NCBI GenBank assembly: GCA_963675595.2
Contig: CAXXLZ010000002.1
Location: forward strand, 3,136,001 to 3,200,000
Direction: 5' to 3'
DNA: 64,000 nt
From: Thermodesulfobacteriota bacterium
Lineage (GTDB): Bacteria > Desulfobacterota > Desulfarculia > JACQYL01
The notes beneath the pieces are model-generated. The model worked only from the letters and a program-made list of their open reading frames with translations. It searched no databases and was not told the DNA's origin. How positions within the stretch are numbered: the first letter of the stretch is position 1; each line of letters starts with the position of its first letter. This document shows positions 30,142 to 40,385 of this stretch, one piece after another. The translations under genes were made by a program, and so were the position numbers.

Positions 30142-32324
30142 TGTCTCCGATTGCTTTCCTGGACATCCTCTTCTGTGATTCGGTGGCCGCCGCGCTGTTG
30201 ATCGTTGTGGTGCGTCGACGACGCATTCCGGGTTCGGACTCCAAGGTTCTGCTTGCCGCTCTGCTGGTTTTCTCTCTGCTTTACGGCTTCTTCCTGGTGG
30301 CCGAATGGACCGGGCTGGCTACGACCTGGGAATCCGTGGAAGACGTGGTCGGTTCTCTCGTGGCCATGACGTGGGGATTCTTTTTCTATTCCCTGGCCCA
30401 GGAGGCTTCAAATCGAAAACTGGCGGCGAGGGAGCAGGAGGTACGGGACAGCAGGAGACGTCTGGCCACCCTCATGGACAACCTGCCGGGCATGGCCTAC
30501 CGATGCCGCAACGACCCGGACTGGACCATGGAATTCGTGAGCGTGGGCTCCGTGGCGCTTACCGGATACGATCCGGAAGAGCTTGTCGAGAATCGGAGGG
30601 TTTCCTACGGAGAGCTCATCCATTCTGAGGATCGGGAGGCGGTTTGGGACGCGGTACAGCGATCCCTGGAAGCGGGCGGGCCTTTTCATTTGATCTATCG
30701 GATTACCGCGAAGGATTCCTCCGATAAATGGGTTTGGGAGCAAGGCGTGGGGGTGTTTTCGAGCGAAGGCGAACTCTCGGCTCTGGAAGGGTTCGTGACG
30801 GACATCACCCATATCAAAGAAACCGAGTTGGCACTGAACGAAGCGAGACGCAAGTTAGCGGATATACTAAACTTTCTTCCGGATCCCACCTTTTCCATCA
30901 ACAATGCCGGTGAAGTGATCATCTGGAACCAAGCCATGGAGGAGCTGACCGGAGTGCCTGCCCACCGGATGCTTGGACGAGGCGGGTGCGAATATTCCGT
31001 TCCTTTCTGGGGAGAAAGGAGACCTTCTCCGGCCGATTTCGTGCTCAAGTGGGATGAATCTTCGGCAATACGGGAATATCCGGCCTTGATCCGGGAAAAG
31101 GACACCGTCATCACGGAGGTGTTCGCACCCGCGCTTGGTGAGAATGGGAGGTATCTGTGGATCAAGGCAAAGGTGCTGTTGGATGAGAGCGGAAAACCCA
31201 CGGCGGCTATCGAAACGTTGAGGGACGTTTCCTCTCGAAAGGAATTGGAGAAGAAGCTCAAGAAAGCGGCGGACGAATACCAGATGCTTTTCAGTAACCT
31301 GCCCGTGGGGGTCATTACGGTGGATGCGGACTTGCGCATCACCCGAATCAATCGGGAAGGAGAAAAGATCACCGGCTTTCAAAGCGACGAAGTGGTGGGC
31401 AGGCCCTGCAGAGAGGTCATGGCGGGGGCCATGTGCGACAACTCCTGTCCCATCAGGAACGCGCTGGCGAAACGCAGCCCCGTGGGCTTTGTCGAAGGGG
31501 ATATCTCGCACCGAAATGGTACTCGAATCCCGGTGCGAGTCAACGCGGGGTGCCTTTTCGGCGGAGACGGCGGGCTCATGGGCGGAATCGAGGTTTTTCA
31601 AGACATCACGGAGATCAAACAACTTGAAGAAGAGAAAGCCAAGATCATTTCCATGTTCGCCCACGACATGAAATCGCCTTTGATCGGCATTCACGGCTTT
31701 GCCGCGCACCTGCTGTCCCATACGGAAACACTCCCGGCGGACAAAAAGACCCAATTTCTTGAAATCATCGGCAGAGAATCGGGGAAGCTCGAATCTTTGA
31801 TTAATGATTTTCTCGACTTCTCCCGACTTAATTTAGGAAAATTGAAGCTGAATTTCGACTTGATGGATTTGTCGAAGGAACTTCGTGAACTGATCGAGAC
31901 CTTCGAACCCCGATTCCAGGATGCGGGAATCCGGCTTCGGGCGAAAAACATCGAGGAACTACCGGAAATCGAGGGAGACGCTCCCAGATTGAGGCGTGTT
32001 TTCACCAACCTTCTGGAGAACGCCCTGAAATACTCGGAATCCGGCACGCGCGTCACCGTGGAGGCCGGGGAAACGGCGCGGGAAGTCCTCATCCGTTTCG
32101 AGGATCAGGGGATCGGCATCAACTCCGAGGAGTTACCCTACGTGTTCAACATGTTTTACCGAGGTCGGAAACTGGGGCATCGGGAAGGTCACGGTTTGGG
32201 TTTGGCCGGGGTGGAGTCCATCGTGAACGGTCACGGGGGGCGCGTGATGGTTTGCAGCGTACCGGGACAGGGTTCGGTCTTCGTAGTGGCGTTGCCCAAG
32301 AGCCGAGAGGCCGGCGAAGTCTAA
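30138..32324 (+). CDS. Membrane PAS sensor histidine kinase
   Basis: N-terminal TMs, three PAS domains, H-box FAHDMKSPL, NLLENALKYS, DQGIGI, GHGLGL. Confidence 0.93.
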   Translation: MMSPIAFLDILFCDSVAAALLIVVVRRRRIPGSDSKVLLAALLVFSLLYGFFLVAEWTGLATTWESVEDVVGSLVAMTWGFFFYSLAQEASNRKLAAREQEVRDSRRRLATLMDNLPGMAYRCRNDPDWTMEFVSVGSVALTGYDPEELVENRRVSYGELIHSEDREAVWDAVQRSLEAGGPFHLIYRITAKDSSDKWVWEQGVGVFSSEGELSALEGFVTDITHIKETELALNEARRKLADILNFLPDPTFSINNAGEVIIWNQAMEELTGVPAHRMLGRGGCEYSVPFWGERRPSPADFVLKWDESSAIREYPALIREKDTVITEVFAPALGENGRYLWIKAKVLLDESGKPTAAIETLRDVSSRKELEKKLKKAADEYQMLFSNLPVGVITVDADLRITRINREGEKITGFQSDEVVGRPCREVMAGAMCDNSCPIRNALAKRSPVGFVEGDISHRNGTRIPVRVNAGCLFGGDGGLMGGIEVFQDITEIKQLEEEKAKIISMFAHDMKSPLIGIHGFAAHLLSHTETLPADKKTQFLEIIGRESGKLESLINDFLDFSRLNLGKLKLNFDLMDLSKELRELIETFEPRFQDAGIRLRAKNIEELPEIEGDAPRLRRVFTNLLENALKYSESGTRVTVEAGETAREVLIRFEDQGIGINSEELPYVFNMFYRGRKLGHREGHGLGLAGVESIVNGHGGRVMVCSVPGQGSVFVVALPKSREAGEV

Positions 32325-32654
32325 GACGGCTTCAAGTGGTCGGATACTCGCACATTTGTAACAGCCTAAGAAAGTTGAAAAACAGCGATTAAACGATTAA
32401 ATGCGTATTTGAAGGCCTGAACACGATTTGTATTACGTTGAGCTCTTCAGGCTACCTTTTCGTTCGTTACTGCGAATCCCGGCCAAAAAGTTGGCTTGCC
32501 AACGGGAAAAATATTCGGGAGAATAGCATCATCGAAAAGAGGCGTTGTTTTCAGCCGAACATCGTGAAAATCGTCCCATCGGACAAATGAAACCCGGAGA
32601 TCCCGATAAAGGGGATGGTTGCAACCCAAGCATTCTTCGGATTGAGGAGACAAT

Positions 32655-33545
32655 ATGAAAACCGTTCGTCTGATATTGCCCATATTTTTGTTGGCCTTTT
32701 GGGCGTTCGTAATCCCCGCCCAGGCCTTGGTGTTGGGTACGGACATCACCATCTATGACGGCACGGGACAGGGCACCACGGGCTGGTACCGGGGTCCGGC
32801 GTCTTCGCAGGACGTTGCCGAAGACCAGGAAGTGGAACCCGGTACGCTTGGCGAGCAGGCTTGGGACCTGGAAGGATTTCGTGTCAACGGCACCACGCTG
32901 GGTATCGTGGGCGGATGGAACTTCATCCACGGCGACGGTACCGACCCCGGTGGTGGAAAAATTCTATCCGGCGATATCTTCATCGGCACCGGCGCACTCT
33001 CCAATGTGACCTACGGAAGCGGCGCCGCGGGTACCGGCAGCCAGGATAACCTGGGGGTGGACGGAACCATCACGAATTCCTTCGGGTACAACTATGTTAT
33101 CGATATCTACTGGGAATACGGGTATTATTCGGTGTATCAAATCACTCCGGACACCTACCTGAACCCCGTGTATTATTCTCAGTTCGATCATTCCAATCCG
33201 TGGCAGTTCGACGAATTCTACAATTCGGGTGAGGGAATCGACCCCACGAAGACCTATTACATACCGGTGGAGGGATACCAAGGGCTCCAGTTCAGCTACT
33301 TCGAAGGCCTCTCCGATGCGGAAGCAGGCGATTACGAGGGGGATACCCACAATGTGGCTCTCTTTGACCTCAGTTTCCTGGATGAGGGAACTGAATTCAC
33401 AGCCCATTTCACCCAGGAATGCGGCAACGACAATCTCATGGGCCATGGGACTACCGTGCCGCTTCCCCCGGCGGTGCTTCTCCTGGGGTCGGGCTTGCTG
33501 GGAATATTGGGCTTTTCGGTAAGGAGCCGACGTCGCGTGAAATAG
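32655..33545 (+). CDS. PEP-CTERM-type (VPLPA-CTERM-like) exosortase substrate
   Basis: Signal peptide; C-terminal VPLPPAVLLLGSGLLGILGFSVRSRRRVK; HFTQECGND motif; RBS GAGGAG. Confidence 0.9.
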   Translation: MKTVRLILPIFLLAFWAFVIPAQALVLGTDITIYDGTGQGTTGWYRGPASSQDVAEDQEVEPGTLGEQAWDLEGFRVNGTTLGIVGGWNFIHGDGTDPGGGKILSGDIFIGTGALSNVTYGSGAAGTGSQDNLGVDGTITNSFGYNYVIDIYWEYGYYSVYQITPDTYLNPVYYSQFDHSNPWQFDEFYNSGEGIDPTKTYYIPVEGYQGLQFSYFEGLSDAEAGDYEGDTHNVALFDLSFLDEGTEFTAHFTQECGNDNLMGHGTTVPLPPAVLLLGSGLLGILGFSVRSRRRVK

Positions 33546-33579
33546 TCGAAATCGCTTTCGACAACCATCCGCGTTTTTA

Positions 33580-33623
33580 GGCCGTTGACGCCCACCGGAT
33601 TCACCGGGCGGGCTTCAACGGCC
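33580..33623. terminator. Long hairpin, probable terminator
   Basis: GGCCGTTGACGCCCACCGG-ATTCA-CCGGGCGGGCTTCAACGGCC between convergent genes. Confidence 0.5.
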
Positions 33624-33881
33624 GTCTCGTTTCCGACCCCTGTGCTGAATTTCCCGCCCGATTTCCATTCCGGATGGATTCACACAAAGCCTCCGGGCCT
33701 AAAACGAATGTTTTCCCGAGGATGCCTCCTGGAGACGGGATGAGGGGAAGCCCCAATTCGCCCACTTCCGGGCTTCCCCGGCGGATGATCCGCCTCTTCG
33801 GATTTGTCGCCGCATTACCGCTTCTCGATGGAATCATGGGTGCTTCCCATCAAACGGCGGATGGGCGTTTTAACCTACCGG

Positions 33882-34187
33882 CTACGGGTTCAGCTTCTTG
33901 AATTCGGCCACGTATTCTTCCATGGGAACGGCCGGGACGGTCATGGTGTCCAGGAGTCCTCCCGATTCCAGTTCCATGGCCGCTCGCAGCATTACCTTGT
34001 TGTCCTTGGCCTGGAGGATCGTGAGGAAATCATACGGTCCGAGCAAGGCGAACTGCGTGATGATCTTCACGTCTCCGCCTCCGGAGGCTTCCACCGCTTT
34101 GTTGATTTGTTCAAAGGTTTCCGGCAGGTCCTTCACGGCCCGCCTGCCGTCCTGTGTCATTTTGCTGAGCACGGCATAGTAGCGCAT
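33882..34187 (-). CDS. GYD domain-containing protein
   Basis: 101 aa; Y..L.K.T..G; FALLGPYDFLTI; T.T.PA pattern. Confidence 0.85.
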   Translation of the reverse strand: MRYYAVLSKMTQDGRRAVKDLPETFEQINKAVEASGGGDVKIITQFALLGPYDFLTILQAKDNKVMLRAAMELESGGLLDTMTVPAVPMEEYVAEFKKLNP

Positions 34188-34202
34188 GTCACTCCCCTCT
34201 TT

Positions 34203-35792
34203 TTAGTCGGCTCCGTCGATGATCTTGAGCGCTTCGTCGCGATAGGCTTCCATGATATATGGAATTCCGGTTACTTTGGCCGCTTCTTCGGTCAGGCAGG
34301 CCAGATCGCTTCGTTTGATCAGGTCCGTACGCCACTTGCGGGCTCCAGCCATGAGTTGTTGGAGCCCTATGCGGATTTTTTCCCCCGCGCTGTAGATTCC
34401 AACGGCTCCCAAGGGCAATTCGTCCGCTTCCTTTCCGTACTTCGCTTTCAACTCCTCGTAACACACGAAAATCTTCTCTTTGGTGGAACCATACTTGAGC
34501 ACGGTGGAAGGCAGGCCACCGTCCTCTCCTTGCATCCATCGACCGATGTTTTTCCCCACCATTCCGGGGATCATCAATGCACGGCCCATGCACACGGCTT
34601 TGCAGTATGGCGAACCCAAAGCCAGGGCCTTGAAGATGTGGTCTTCACTGGAAAAGCCCCCGGCAAAAGCGATGTCCGGAACCGGATCCCCGCGCGATGC
34701 CAGGCGGGAGCAGAGATCGTAGGCCATGGAGTGCAGATAGAGCGCCGGAACGCCCCACTCGGACATCATACGCCACGGGCTCATGCCCGTACCGCCGGGA
34801 GCGCCGTCAATGGTCAGAAGATCGATTCCGGCATCGGAGGACCACCGGATGGCCATGGCGAGTTCCCTCATGGGGTAGGCTCCGGTTTTCAGCGTAACCC
34901 TTTTGGCTCCCAGGTCCCGAAATCTTTTTACCGCGGCCATAAAGGCTTCCCGGTCGATGAATCCCAGGCGTGAATGCCGTTCGAATTCCTTGATGGCCCC
35001 TTCTTTGAATCCCTCACGTACGGGTGGGCTGTCGGGGTCAGGGGTGACGATATACCCCCTTTTCTTCAATTCCTGAGCCCTCTCCAAAGAATTGACTTTG
35101 ATTTCCCCTCCTATGCTTTTGGCTCCTTGCCCCCACTTCAGCTCAATGGTTTCGCAACCCAGTTTGTCGATCACATATTCGGCCACACCCAAACGGGTGT
35201 CTTCCACGTTGAGCTGTACCAGAATGTCTCCGTAGCCTTCGTGGTATCTTCGATACAAGTCCAGGCGTCGGATCATCTCCGGTGATTTGGCGACCTTGCC
35301 GTCGGGGCTCCTTTCCAGACCGGGATCAATGCCGCACACGTTTTCTCCGCATACCAAGCTGATTCCGGTGATGGCGGCTCCGACGGCGAAATGTTCCCAG
35401 TTCTTCCGGGCGATTTCCGTGCTTCCCAAGGCGCCGGTGAACATGGGGATCTTCATCTTGACTTTGTGTGCACGTCCGAAGGCGGTTTCCGTGCCGACGG
35501 TGGGAAAGGTGGCTTGGTCGGGGTCCGGGTCAATACCCTCGGCACCCATGGCATAGCCCATAATATTCAGGTGAGAGTAATCTACGGGGTAGTCTTTGTC
35601 CGCTCCGGCGGTAATTTCGCCGAAGGGGACCGGATACAGCAATTCCCTGCTTCGGAAAGTGGCGTTGAACATGTCGCAATTCCCCTTGCACCCGTCTACA
35701 CAACGGCTGCAGATGCCCGATTGGGGAGCGACGTCCCTGGAACGGTTCTTCGTCTGTAGTGCTTCGTTGGCGTTTGGTCTTTGACGGTTCAT
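34203..35792 (-). CDS. FMN-binding glutamate synthase family protein (stand-alone)
   Basis: IELKWGQGAK.IGGE, LKTG, IDGAPGGTG, FAGG, KALALG; N-terminal CSRCVDGCKGNC; RBS AGAGGAG before ATG 35792. Confidence 0.9.
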   Translation of the reverse strand: MNRQRPNANEALQTKNRSRDVAPQSGICSRCVDGCKGNCDMFNATFRSRELLYPVPFGEITAGADKDYPVDYSHLNIMGYAMGAEGIDPDPDQATFPTVGTETAFGRAHKVKMKIPMFTGALGSTEIARKNWEHFAVGAAITGISLVCGENVCGIDPGLERSPDGKVAKSPEMIRRLDLYRRYHEGYGDILVQLNVEDTRLGVAEYVIDKLGCETIELKWGQGAKSIGGEIKVNSLERAQELKKRGYIVTPDPDSPPVREGFKEGAIKEFERHSRLGFIDREAFMAAVKRFRDLGAKRVTLKTGAYPMRELAMAIRWSSDAGIDLLTIDGAPGGTGMSPWRMMSEWGVPALYLHSMAYDLCSRLASRGDPVPDIAFAGGFSSEDHIFKALALGSPYCKAVCMGRALMIPGMVGKNIGRWMQGEDGGLPSTVLKYGSTKEKIFVCYEELKAKYGKEADELPLGAVGIYSAGEKIRIGLQQLMAGARKWRTDLIKRSDLACLTEEAAKVTGIPYIMEAYRDEALKIIDGAD

Positions 35793-36150
35793 CGCAGCGG
35801 ATCTCCTCTTTTCGAAATGGATTCGTAACGCGGAGGTCTCGCAGCAGCCCGCGGGTTTCACAAACGGGAATCCGGTTGGAATGCCGATAGCGATGGAAGC
35901 TCAGATTGTTCAAACAGAACGAGAAGGAACGGTCGGAATTCCGAGCGCGATGGAGACGGAGGCCCGATCCCTCGAAGCGACTGCGTCGATGGTGAATGGA
36001 AGCCGTCAACTCGAACCCGCCTTATTCCCACCTCCCTTCTACGATCCAGAAGTGATGAAACAAAGCAAGGTCAAGTACCGAAACACTTGTTTCCGCCTTC
36101 TCAGCGACTTCGGTCCCGACCTTGGTGAGAGCGTCGTTAAAAGGGGACGG

Positions 36151-36675
36151 TCAAGGCGCCGATCGCGCCTCGGACATAAGACTTGCCATGCATCCGGCAA
36201 GCGATTCTATGATTTCCACGATCACCTCGATCGCTTCGGCCGTGTTGCGGCCGGCGCGAGGATCCGGGTCGTGTATGGAGATCAGGGAGTAGAGAGTGGA
36301 GGCGATTAAATGGAGATCCAGTCTGGAGGGTTCAATGGATTGGAGCAGGGAAAGAAACTCCTGAAGGTGGCCTTCACGTTGGGAAGAGGGCGACATGCTT
36401 AAGCGGAACTCGGAAAACGCGCGTTTTGAAATACGATCGGCGCGATCGGGTTCCAGAAAAAGGCGGAGGCCATTCATGTCCCAGGCAAGGACGGCCGCGG
36501 TGATCATGGTTTCTCGGAGGTCGTTTTCCTGATCTTCGGAACCAACGCAATTCAGACGGGAGAGACGCCGGTCGGTGTCGGGCCATTCCCGATGTACCAG
36601 GAAGCGTAGGCTTTCCAGGTAAAGGTCGACGGCTTCTTCTTCCGACATCGCGCCGATTCGGTCGGTTCCGTGCAT
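36151..36675 (-). CDS. Hypothetical protein
   Basis: Protein-like helical ORF; start uncertain (36675 or 36648); no family recognised. Confidence 0.55.
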   Translation of the reverse strand: MHGTDRIGAMSEEEAVDLYLESLRFLVHREWPDTDRRLSRLNCVGSEDQENDLRETMITAAVLAWDMNGLRLFLEPDRADRISKRAFSEFRLSMSPSSQREGHLQEFLSLLQSIEPSRLDLHLIASTLYSLISIHDPDPRAGRNTAEAIEVIVEIIESLAGCMASLMSEARSAP

Positions 36676-37162
36676 TGCGTTTTCCGTGGCCGCTCTCCTC
36701 GGTTTCGCCCTGCCTCCTAAATCGATTCCGCGGGTTTGCCTCACCATGCCGTGAATCGGTCTGTTCGTATCGGGAGGCGTTTTCTTTTTTGAAACGGTCG
36801 CCCGGTAACCACCGAGCCTCCTGCGCCACATACCGCGGAAAAGAATGGGCGAGAGATCTTAGTTACGCTAAAAAAGTTTCCTGTACGGAAATTTAGTTTA
36901 ATATAACACAACATCAGTTTCCGATGAAACCCTTTTCCTTTTTTGAACCGCTGATTCCGACCGGGCTCTCCCGGTTCGAAATCACCGAAGCGGGCGATTC
37001 GCGTCAACGAGGTAATTCAAGAACCTCTGTGAAAAAAAGCGCTTTGGGCTTGCATGGGAAACCTGGGATATGTGATAAAAAAGGTTCGTTATTATCCACG
37101 GGGTACGTTTCGGAGAGGAAGTTCCCCGTGTGAGCGGGACCAAAGACGGAACATTTCTTTGC

Positions 37163-37261
37163 TGGGGAAGTGCCCCAAAGGCTGTGAATCCGGGGAAATC
37201 AACCCCGCCCGGAGTCGGACTTTCATGGTTCGGGCGGAAGGCATAGTGAAAGGAGCACCCA
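37163..37261 (+). promoter_or_regulatory. Structured 5' leader conserved with the second hdrA-like gene
   Basis: Aligns with 41438-41533; shared stems GGGG/CCCC, CTGTG/CAYAG and CCGCCCG/CGGGCGG. Confidence 0.55.
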
Positions 37262-40200
37262 ATGTCACAAGACAAGACCGGGGCCGTTATGGTGGTCGGT
37301 GGAGGGATCACCGGCATGCAAACGGCGTTGGACCTGGCCGATTCCGGCTTTTTCGTCTACCTGGTGGAGCGATCCACGTCCATTGGCGGGGTTATGTCCC
37401 AATTGGACAAAACCTTCCCCACGGACGACTGCGCGATGTGAATTATCTCTCCCAAACTGGTCGAGGTCGGCCGGCATATCAATATCGAGTTGTTAACGCT
37501 GTCGGAAGTGGTTTCCGTTTCCGGTGAGCAGGGGAATTTCGACGTCCAAATTCTTCAGCATCCCCGTTACATCGACGTGGACAAATGCATCGCCTGCGGC
37601 GCGTGCGCCGAGAAGTGCCCGAAGAAGGTCGAGGATGAGTACAACTTCGGCTTGAACAAACGCAAAGCCGCTTATGTGAAGTATTCGCAGGCCGTGCCCT
37701 TGAAATACGCCATTGACCCGGAGAACTGCATCTACCTGACGAAAGGCAAATGCAGGGCGTGCGAGAAAATCTGCCCCGCGGGAGCGGTCAATTTCGAGGA
37801 CCGTGAGAAAGAAGTGTCCTTACACGTCGGGTCCATCGTTCTTTCCACCGGATTCGAGCCTTACGATCCCAAGGCTTTCAACGGTTACGGCTACGGTCGT
37901 TTCCCCAATGTTTTGACCAGCCTTGAATTCGAGCGGATGCTCAGCGCATCCGGCCCCTTTGGGGGGCATGTGGCTCGGCTTTCGGATCACAAGGACGCCA
38001 AGAAGATTGCTTGGATCCAGTGCGTGGGGTCAAGGGATACGCACGAAGGAGCCCAAAGCTACTGCTCGTCCGTGTGCTGCACCTACGCCATCAAAGAAGC
38101 CATGGTGGCCAAAGACCACGTCAAAGGCCTGGACGCCGCCGTTTTCTATATCGACATCCGGACTCACGGGAAGGATTTCGAGCGGTACTACAACCGGGCG
38201 CGAGAGCGATCCGGCGTGCGCTTCATCAAGTCCCGGATTTCCTCCATCCGAGAGGTGGGTGACTCCGGGGACCTCCTGATTTGGTACACGGATGAACAGG
38301 GAAAGCGGGTCGAGGAGACCTTCGACTTGGTGGTTCTGTCCGTCGGGTTGTGCGCAAACCAAGACTCGATGGCGCTTGCCGGCAACCTGGGCGTCGATTT
38401 GGATCATTACGGTTATCCCGTTTCCAGCAGTTTCGAGCCGGTGAAGACTTCCCAGCCCGGAATTTATGTTTGCGGGGCCTATCAGGGACCCAAGGACATC
38501 CCCTCCTCCGTCATGGATGCGAGTGCGACGGCGGGGGTGGCGGGAAGCCTCTTGGCTCCGGCTCGGGGGAAACTCACCAGAACCAAGGACGTTCCCCTGG
38601 AAACGAACGTCAAAGGCACTGCGCCCAAGATCGGCGTGTTTGTGTGCAACTGTGGAACCAACATCGCGGGCACCGTCAACGTGCCTGAAGTGGCCGAATA
38701 TGCCCGACATCTGCCCTACGTGGCCTATGTCGAGGAGAACCTGTTCAGCTGTTCTCAGGATACCCAGGACAAGATGGCCAAGATCATCCAGGAACAGGGC
38801 CTGACTCGGGTGGTCGTGGCCGCCTGCACGCCCCGAACCCATGAACCTTTGTTCCAGGAAACTCTGACCAATGCCGGGTTGAACAAGTACCTGTTCGAAA
38901 TGGCCAATATTCGCAACCAATGCTCCTGGGTGCACGCCACGGAGCCCGAACGGGCGACGGAAAAGGCCAAGGACTTGGTGCGCATGGCGGTGGTCAAAGC
39001 GGCCCAGTTGGAACCTCTTTATCAACAGGATTTGGGGGTGAACAAGGCCGCTCTGGTCATCGGGGGCGGGGTCGCAGGCTTGACCGCGGCCAAGAATCTC
39101 TCCGACCAGGGGTATACGGCGTACCTCGTGGAGCGGGAAAACGTTCTGGGCGGTGGCGCGCGAAACCTTTTCCGAACTTGGAAAGGGGAAAACGTCAGGG
39201 ATCATCTGGACCGTTTGGTCCGCGAAGTGGAGAAGGCCGAACGCGTGGAGCTTTTCCTCAACGCGGAGATCAAGCAGGTAGACGGGTTCGTGGGTAATTT
39301 CAAGACCACGGTGAACGTGGCCGGAGAAGAGCGAATCATCGAGCACGGAGTGGCCATCCTGGCCACCGGGGCCGAGGAATACCGGCCCACGGAACACCTG
39401 TATGGAAAAGACGACCGGGTCGTTACCGGGCTCGAGCTGGATCGTCTGCTGCTGGAAGAACATCCGCGACTGAAGGCCGTGAAAAGCGCCGCCTTCCTCC
39501 AGTGCGTGGGATGCAGAAACGAGGAGCGTCCCTATTGTTCGAAGGTTTGCTGCACGCATTCCATCGTCAATGCGCTAGAGCTCAAGAAAACCCGGCCCGA
39601 GATGGACGTGTACGTGATCTACAGGGATCTTCGAACCTATGGATTGCGTGAAGATCTTTATCGACAGGCCCGGGAGGCGGGGATTCTTTTCCTTCGCTAC
39701 AATTATGAGAAGGGCCTGGACGTGGATGCGGGAGACGCGGGTCTTCGACTCCATTTCACGGACACGGTGTTAAACCGAAAGGTGGAAGTTTCCGCGGACC
39801 TGCTGGTATTGGCTGCTGCCATTGTTCCCCCTGAAGAGAACACTTTGGCCCAATTGTTCAAGGTGCCCATCAATGACGATCGCTTCTACGTGGAAGCTCA
39901 CGTAAAGCTGAAACCCGTTGACTTCGCTACGGACGGAGTGTTCGTGTGTGGTCTGGCGCATGCTCCCAAGTCCCTGGACGAATCCGTGGCCCAGGCCCAG
40001 GCGGCCGCCGCACGTGCGGTGACCGTATTGAGCAAAGCGCAATTGCGTGTCGGCGGCGTCGTATCGCACATCAACCCGCTGCTTTGTACGGGATGCAAGG
40101 TGTGCGTCACCGTTTGCCCCTACAAGGCGATTCAACTCAACGATAAAGGCAAGGCCGAAGTCAATGAGGCTTTGTGTAAAGGCTGCGGTTTGTGCGTTTC

Positions 40201-40279
40201 TTCATGTCGTTCCGGCGCGCCAGAGCTCAAAGGATTCACGGACGGGGAAGTCTTCGGTCAAATCGAGGCCGCCTTATAA
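37262..40279 (+). CDS. hdrA: HdrA-like FAD/Fe-S protein, selenocysteine-containing (Sec60, 1005 aa)
   Basis: RBS AAAGGAG, ATG 37262; VMVVGGG.GM; in-frame TGA at 37439-37441 in [17 protein letters not shown], where the paralogue has Cys; same frame as track ORF 37490-40279; ferredoxin motifs and a second Rossmann motif. Confidence 0.92.
37442..37474 (+). promoter_or_regulatory. Bacterial SECIS element
   Basis: Stem CTGGTCG / loop AGGT / CGGCCGG beginning 15 nt after the UGA. Confidence 0.8.
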
Positions 40280-40385
40280 AAAAGTCCTTCCACGGGGAAG
40301 AAGCCGCTCCGTGCGGTTTTTTCCCCATTCCTCGCTTTGAATTTTCAGCACCCACGAGCCCCTTCGGAACACGTGGGCGGGGCGG

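Noticed and set aside
32340-32520. Sigma54 promoter expected for a PEP-CTERM gene
   Set aside because: No GG-N10-GC element with acceptable consensus was found by eye
32570-32635. Possible c-di-GMP-II-like leader before the PEP-CTERM-type gene (ATGAA...GTTGCAACC)
   Set aside because: Only short motif matches; the core GGGCAC and the pseudoknot could not be built
36874-36894. Inverted repeat AAGTTTCC-TGTAC-GGAAATTT as an NrpR nitrogen operator
   Set aside because: Arm order and spacing do not fit GGAA-N6-TTCC; the regulator cannot be assigned from one site
38030-39559. Long antisense ORFs (also 46602-47816, 56026-57381, 62157-63431, 15129-16475)
   Set aside because: Shadow frames opposite well-supported genes, expected in GC-rich DNA, with no recognisable motifs
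37490-40279. Track ORF of 929 aa as the full gene, or the upstream TGA as a pseudogene lesion
   Set aside because: The frame extends to ATG 37262 through one TGA that aligns with Cys in the paralogue and is followed by a SECIS-like hairpin
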